This document shows, one piece after another, positions 61,798-64,000 of a stretch of DNA of 64,000 nt (the stretch's first letter is position 1; every line of letters begins with the position of its first letter). This DNA comes from Takakia lepidozioides (lineage: Eukaryota > Plantae > Bryophyta): NCBI GenBank assembly GCA_030704615.1, contig CM060731.1:19034001-19098000 (forward strand). Direction: 5' to 3'. The position numbers were made by a program, and so were the translations under genes. The notes beneath the pieces are model-generated. The model was given only the letters and a program-made list of their open reading frames with translations. It did not search any database and had not been told where the DNA came from.

Positions 61798-64000
61798 TCA
61801 CCCCCTCCTCTAGCGCCGAGTTCCTCGAGGAGTGGTAAAATCTTGGACTTGCTTAGAGTTGGAGAAAATCCAAAATCCGGCGAATGGTACTTGCCAAGTA
61901 TTCGGCTCTTCATTCTTGACTCAAATGATTTATAGGTCCCTGCAACCATCGATGATGTCCAACACCTTGAACTTGGGACCACACAGTGATTTGAGCATTC
62001 TGATTTCGAAGCTGCCTTCAAACATGATTTCGTTGCCCTCTGGGTCCGAAGCCTCAACCTCCAACAAAATTATCAGACTTCGAGTAGGCTCCACTTGCCA
62101 TCGTACGAGGTCCGGACGAGGAAGTACGCGTCGCATTGGTGGCCCATTGTCTCGAGAGCGTCGGCGTGATGTTGAAGGTCGTGAGAGTCGGAACGGCTGA
62201 TCTGGTAGCTGGGTAAGCGACAACTCCAATGTATTTGGTTCCTGTGACTCCATACAAGACATTTTTTCCAACTTGACATATAGTTTTTTTTTCCCTCAAT
62301 TTATCAAGGACAAGGCGTACATGTCGACCATATTCTTCTTCATTCTGTGAAAATATCAAAATGTCGTCCAAATAGATGACTACAAAGTCATCTAAAAATT
62401 CTCGAAAAATGTCATTCATCATGTGTTGAAAAATTGCTGGAGCATTTGTAAGACCGAAAGGCATAACACTGTATTCGAAATATCCATACCTTGTGCGAAA
62501 AGCAGTCTTCCATTCGTCTCATTCTTTTATTCGTACAAGATTGTAAGATCTTCTCAAGTCGATCTTTGTGAAAAAATTTGCTCGTCCAAGTTGTTCGAGG
62601 AGTCCGGAAATCAGCGGTAGTGGGTAACGATTTTTTATAGTGACTTTGTTGAGCCCACGATATTCCACACACACGCGTAACGATCTATCGTTCTTCTTCA
62701 CAAATAAGATAGGTGCTCCCGCGGGTGATTTCGAATGTCGAATGAAATTCTTTGACAAATTTTCATCAATGTATTCGCGTAAAGCAGCCAGCTCCGTCTG
62801 AGATAAAATCGGGCCGAATGGTGGTTGAGCTTCTTCTTGCAACTCAATTGCACAATCATAAGGTCGATGTTCTGGCAACATGTCTGCATTTTTCTTCTCG
62901 AAGACATCCTTGAAATCTTGATATTGAGTGGGTAATGTCGAAGTACCTTGGTCTGTTGTGGTTTTGATCGGAGTCGCATAAAGTGCAAATGTCGCGTCTT
63001 TCTTTGTAGCTCTCATGAAGGCTCTAGCTCCAAGAAACAGGGATTGAATTCCTTTGGTACCCGAGTCCAAAAGTGCTTCTACAGAAATATCTCGATTTTG
63101 CATCCTGATCTTTACTGGAACTGTGAAACAAGGTACAGGGTTTGGAGGTAGAAAAAGACTTTTTTTTGGTGAGGAATTTGGGGTGTCCAGCCGCATGGTC
63201 CCTACTGTGACTGGACATCTTCGTTTTTCGACCTCCTCGTATCGAACACTTGAGTTGTGCCCCAAGCTTTGAATCTTCTCTTGTTGGAGCAGTTTAATGC
63301 TATGTGATCATCTTCTCCGCAATAAAGACATAATCCATTTGAGCGTCGTCTTTGTTTTTCTTATGTCGTCAATGACTTGAATCGGACAACATCAATCTGC
63401 ATAGGATCATTACCGGATGTCTGATGGATCGTTGTGTTTGGTGTCGTAGTAGCAGCTGCATGGTGCGTCGTCGACCATCCAGATCGTTTCTCTTGACGTC
63501 TTTCGAACAAACGATTATCGCATGCAATGACTTGGGTGATGAATTCGCTCAGTGTACTCACGTTTGGCATTATCAGCAACAAATCTTTTACATCATCTTT
63601 TAGGCCACATTGAAACTGACTAATGAGACTTTTCTCATTCCAGTCGAGGTCGCACGCAAGTTATCGAAATTCGGCAGCATAAACAGAAGCTGGACGTGCT
63701 CCTTGTCAAAGATTTCGCATCTTTGTTTCTGCAACTCTCTCTCCATCATTCTTTCCAAACGTTGCAATGAACTCGGATATGAACGCTTCAAAATTGTATA
63801 GTAAATGCGAATTTTTCTCTAATAGCGGTGCAAACCAAGATCTTGGTTTTGACTGTGAAGGGTTTGCCGAAGGCCAGTATGGCCACAGTCATGCAATTCT
63901 ACAATTCTTATGATTTAGGGCAGTGCCGGATAGAAAGGTGCCAACAAATTCCACTTGAATACCTTTATCAGGGTAGCGTTGTGGATGTAGTCGTAGAAAC
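61798..64000 (-). mobile_element. Internally deleted Ty3/Gypsy (chromovirus/Tcn1-like) gag-protease-RT
   Basis: [47 protein letters not shown] and YLDDILIFS. RNase H and integrase are missing. Confidence 0.9.

Overview
Eukaryotic DNA made almost entirely of nested, decayed transposable elements. It is most likely heterochromatin of a non-seed land plant (bryophyte-like), inferred from PLS-type PPRs, a clan-72 P450 with spliceosomal introns and PHD-bearing Ty3/Gypsy elements. No intact host gene is evident. From left to right: LINE and Ty1/copia fragments; a PPR-P450-PPR chimera; a composite satellite with tRNA-like units; and a Dualen/RandI-like LINE split by an 11.6-kb MULE-like transposon (16885-28448, 9-bp TSD). 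That MULE encodes a GCM-like/DDE/SWIM transposase and, divergently, an intron-containing cargo gene ending in a beta-class (N4C/N6A-type) DNA methyltransferase-like domain. A second, rearranged copy shows that the cargo gene also has a ParB-like domain. That copy is interrupted by a Gypsy element encoding a C5 cytosine methyltransferase and a PHD finger, with terminal repeats in an unusual A...B-A-B order. Finally, a 13.2-kb hAT element (8-bp TSD) carrying RING and protein-kinase genes sits inside the LTR of another Gypsy. The best candidate for an undescribed system is the MULE-borne ParB-methyltransferase gene with element-specific palindrome arrays; the DNMT/PHD Gypsy with permuted repeats is second. 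All domain calls come from reading motifs by eye, with no searches run. Internal boundaries are approximate unless TSDs or TIRs are quoted.
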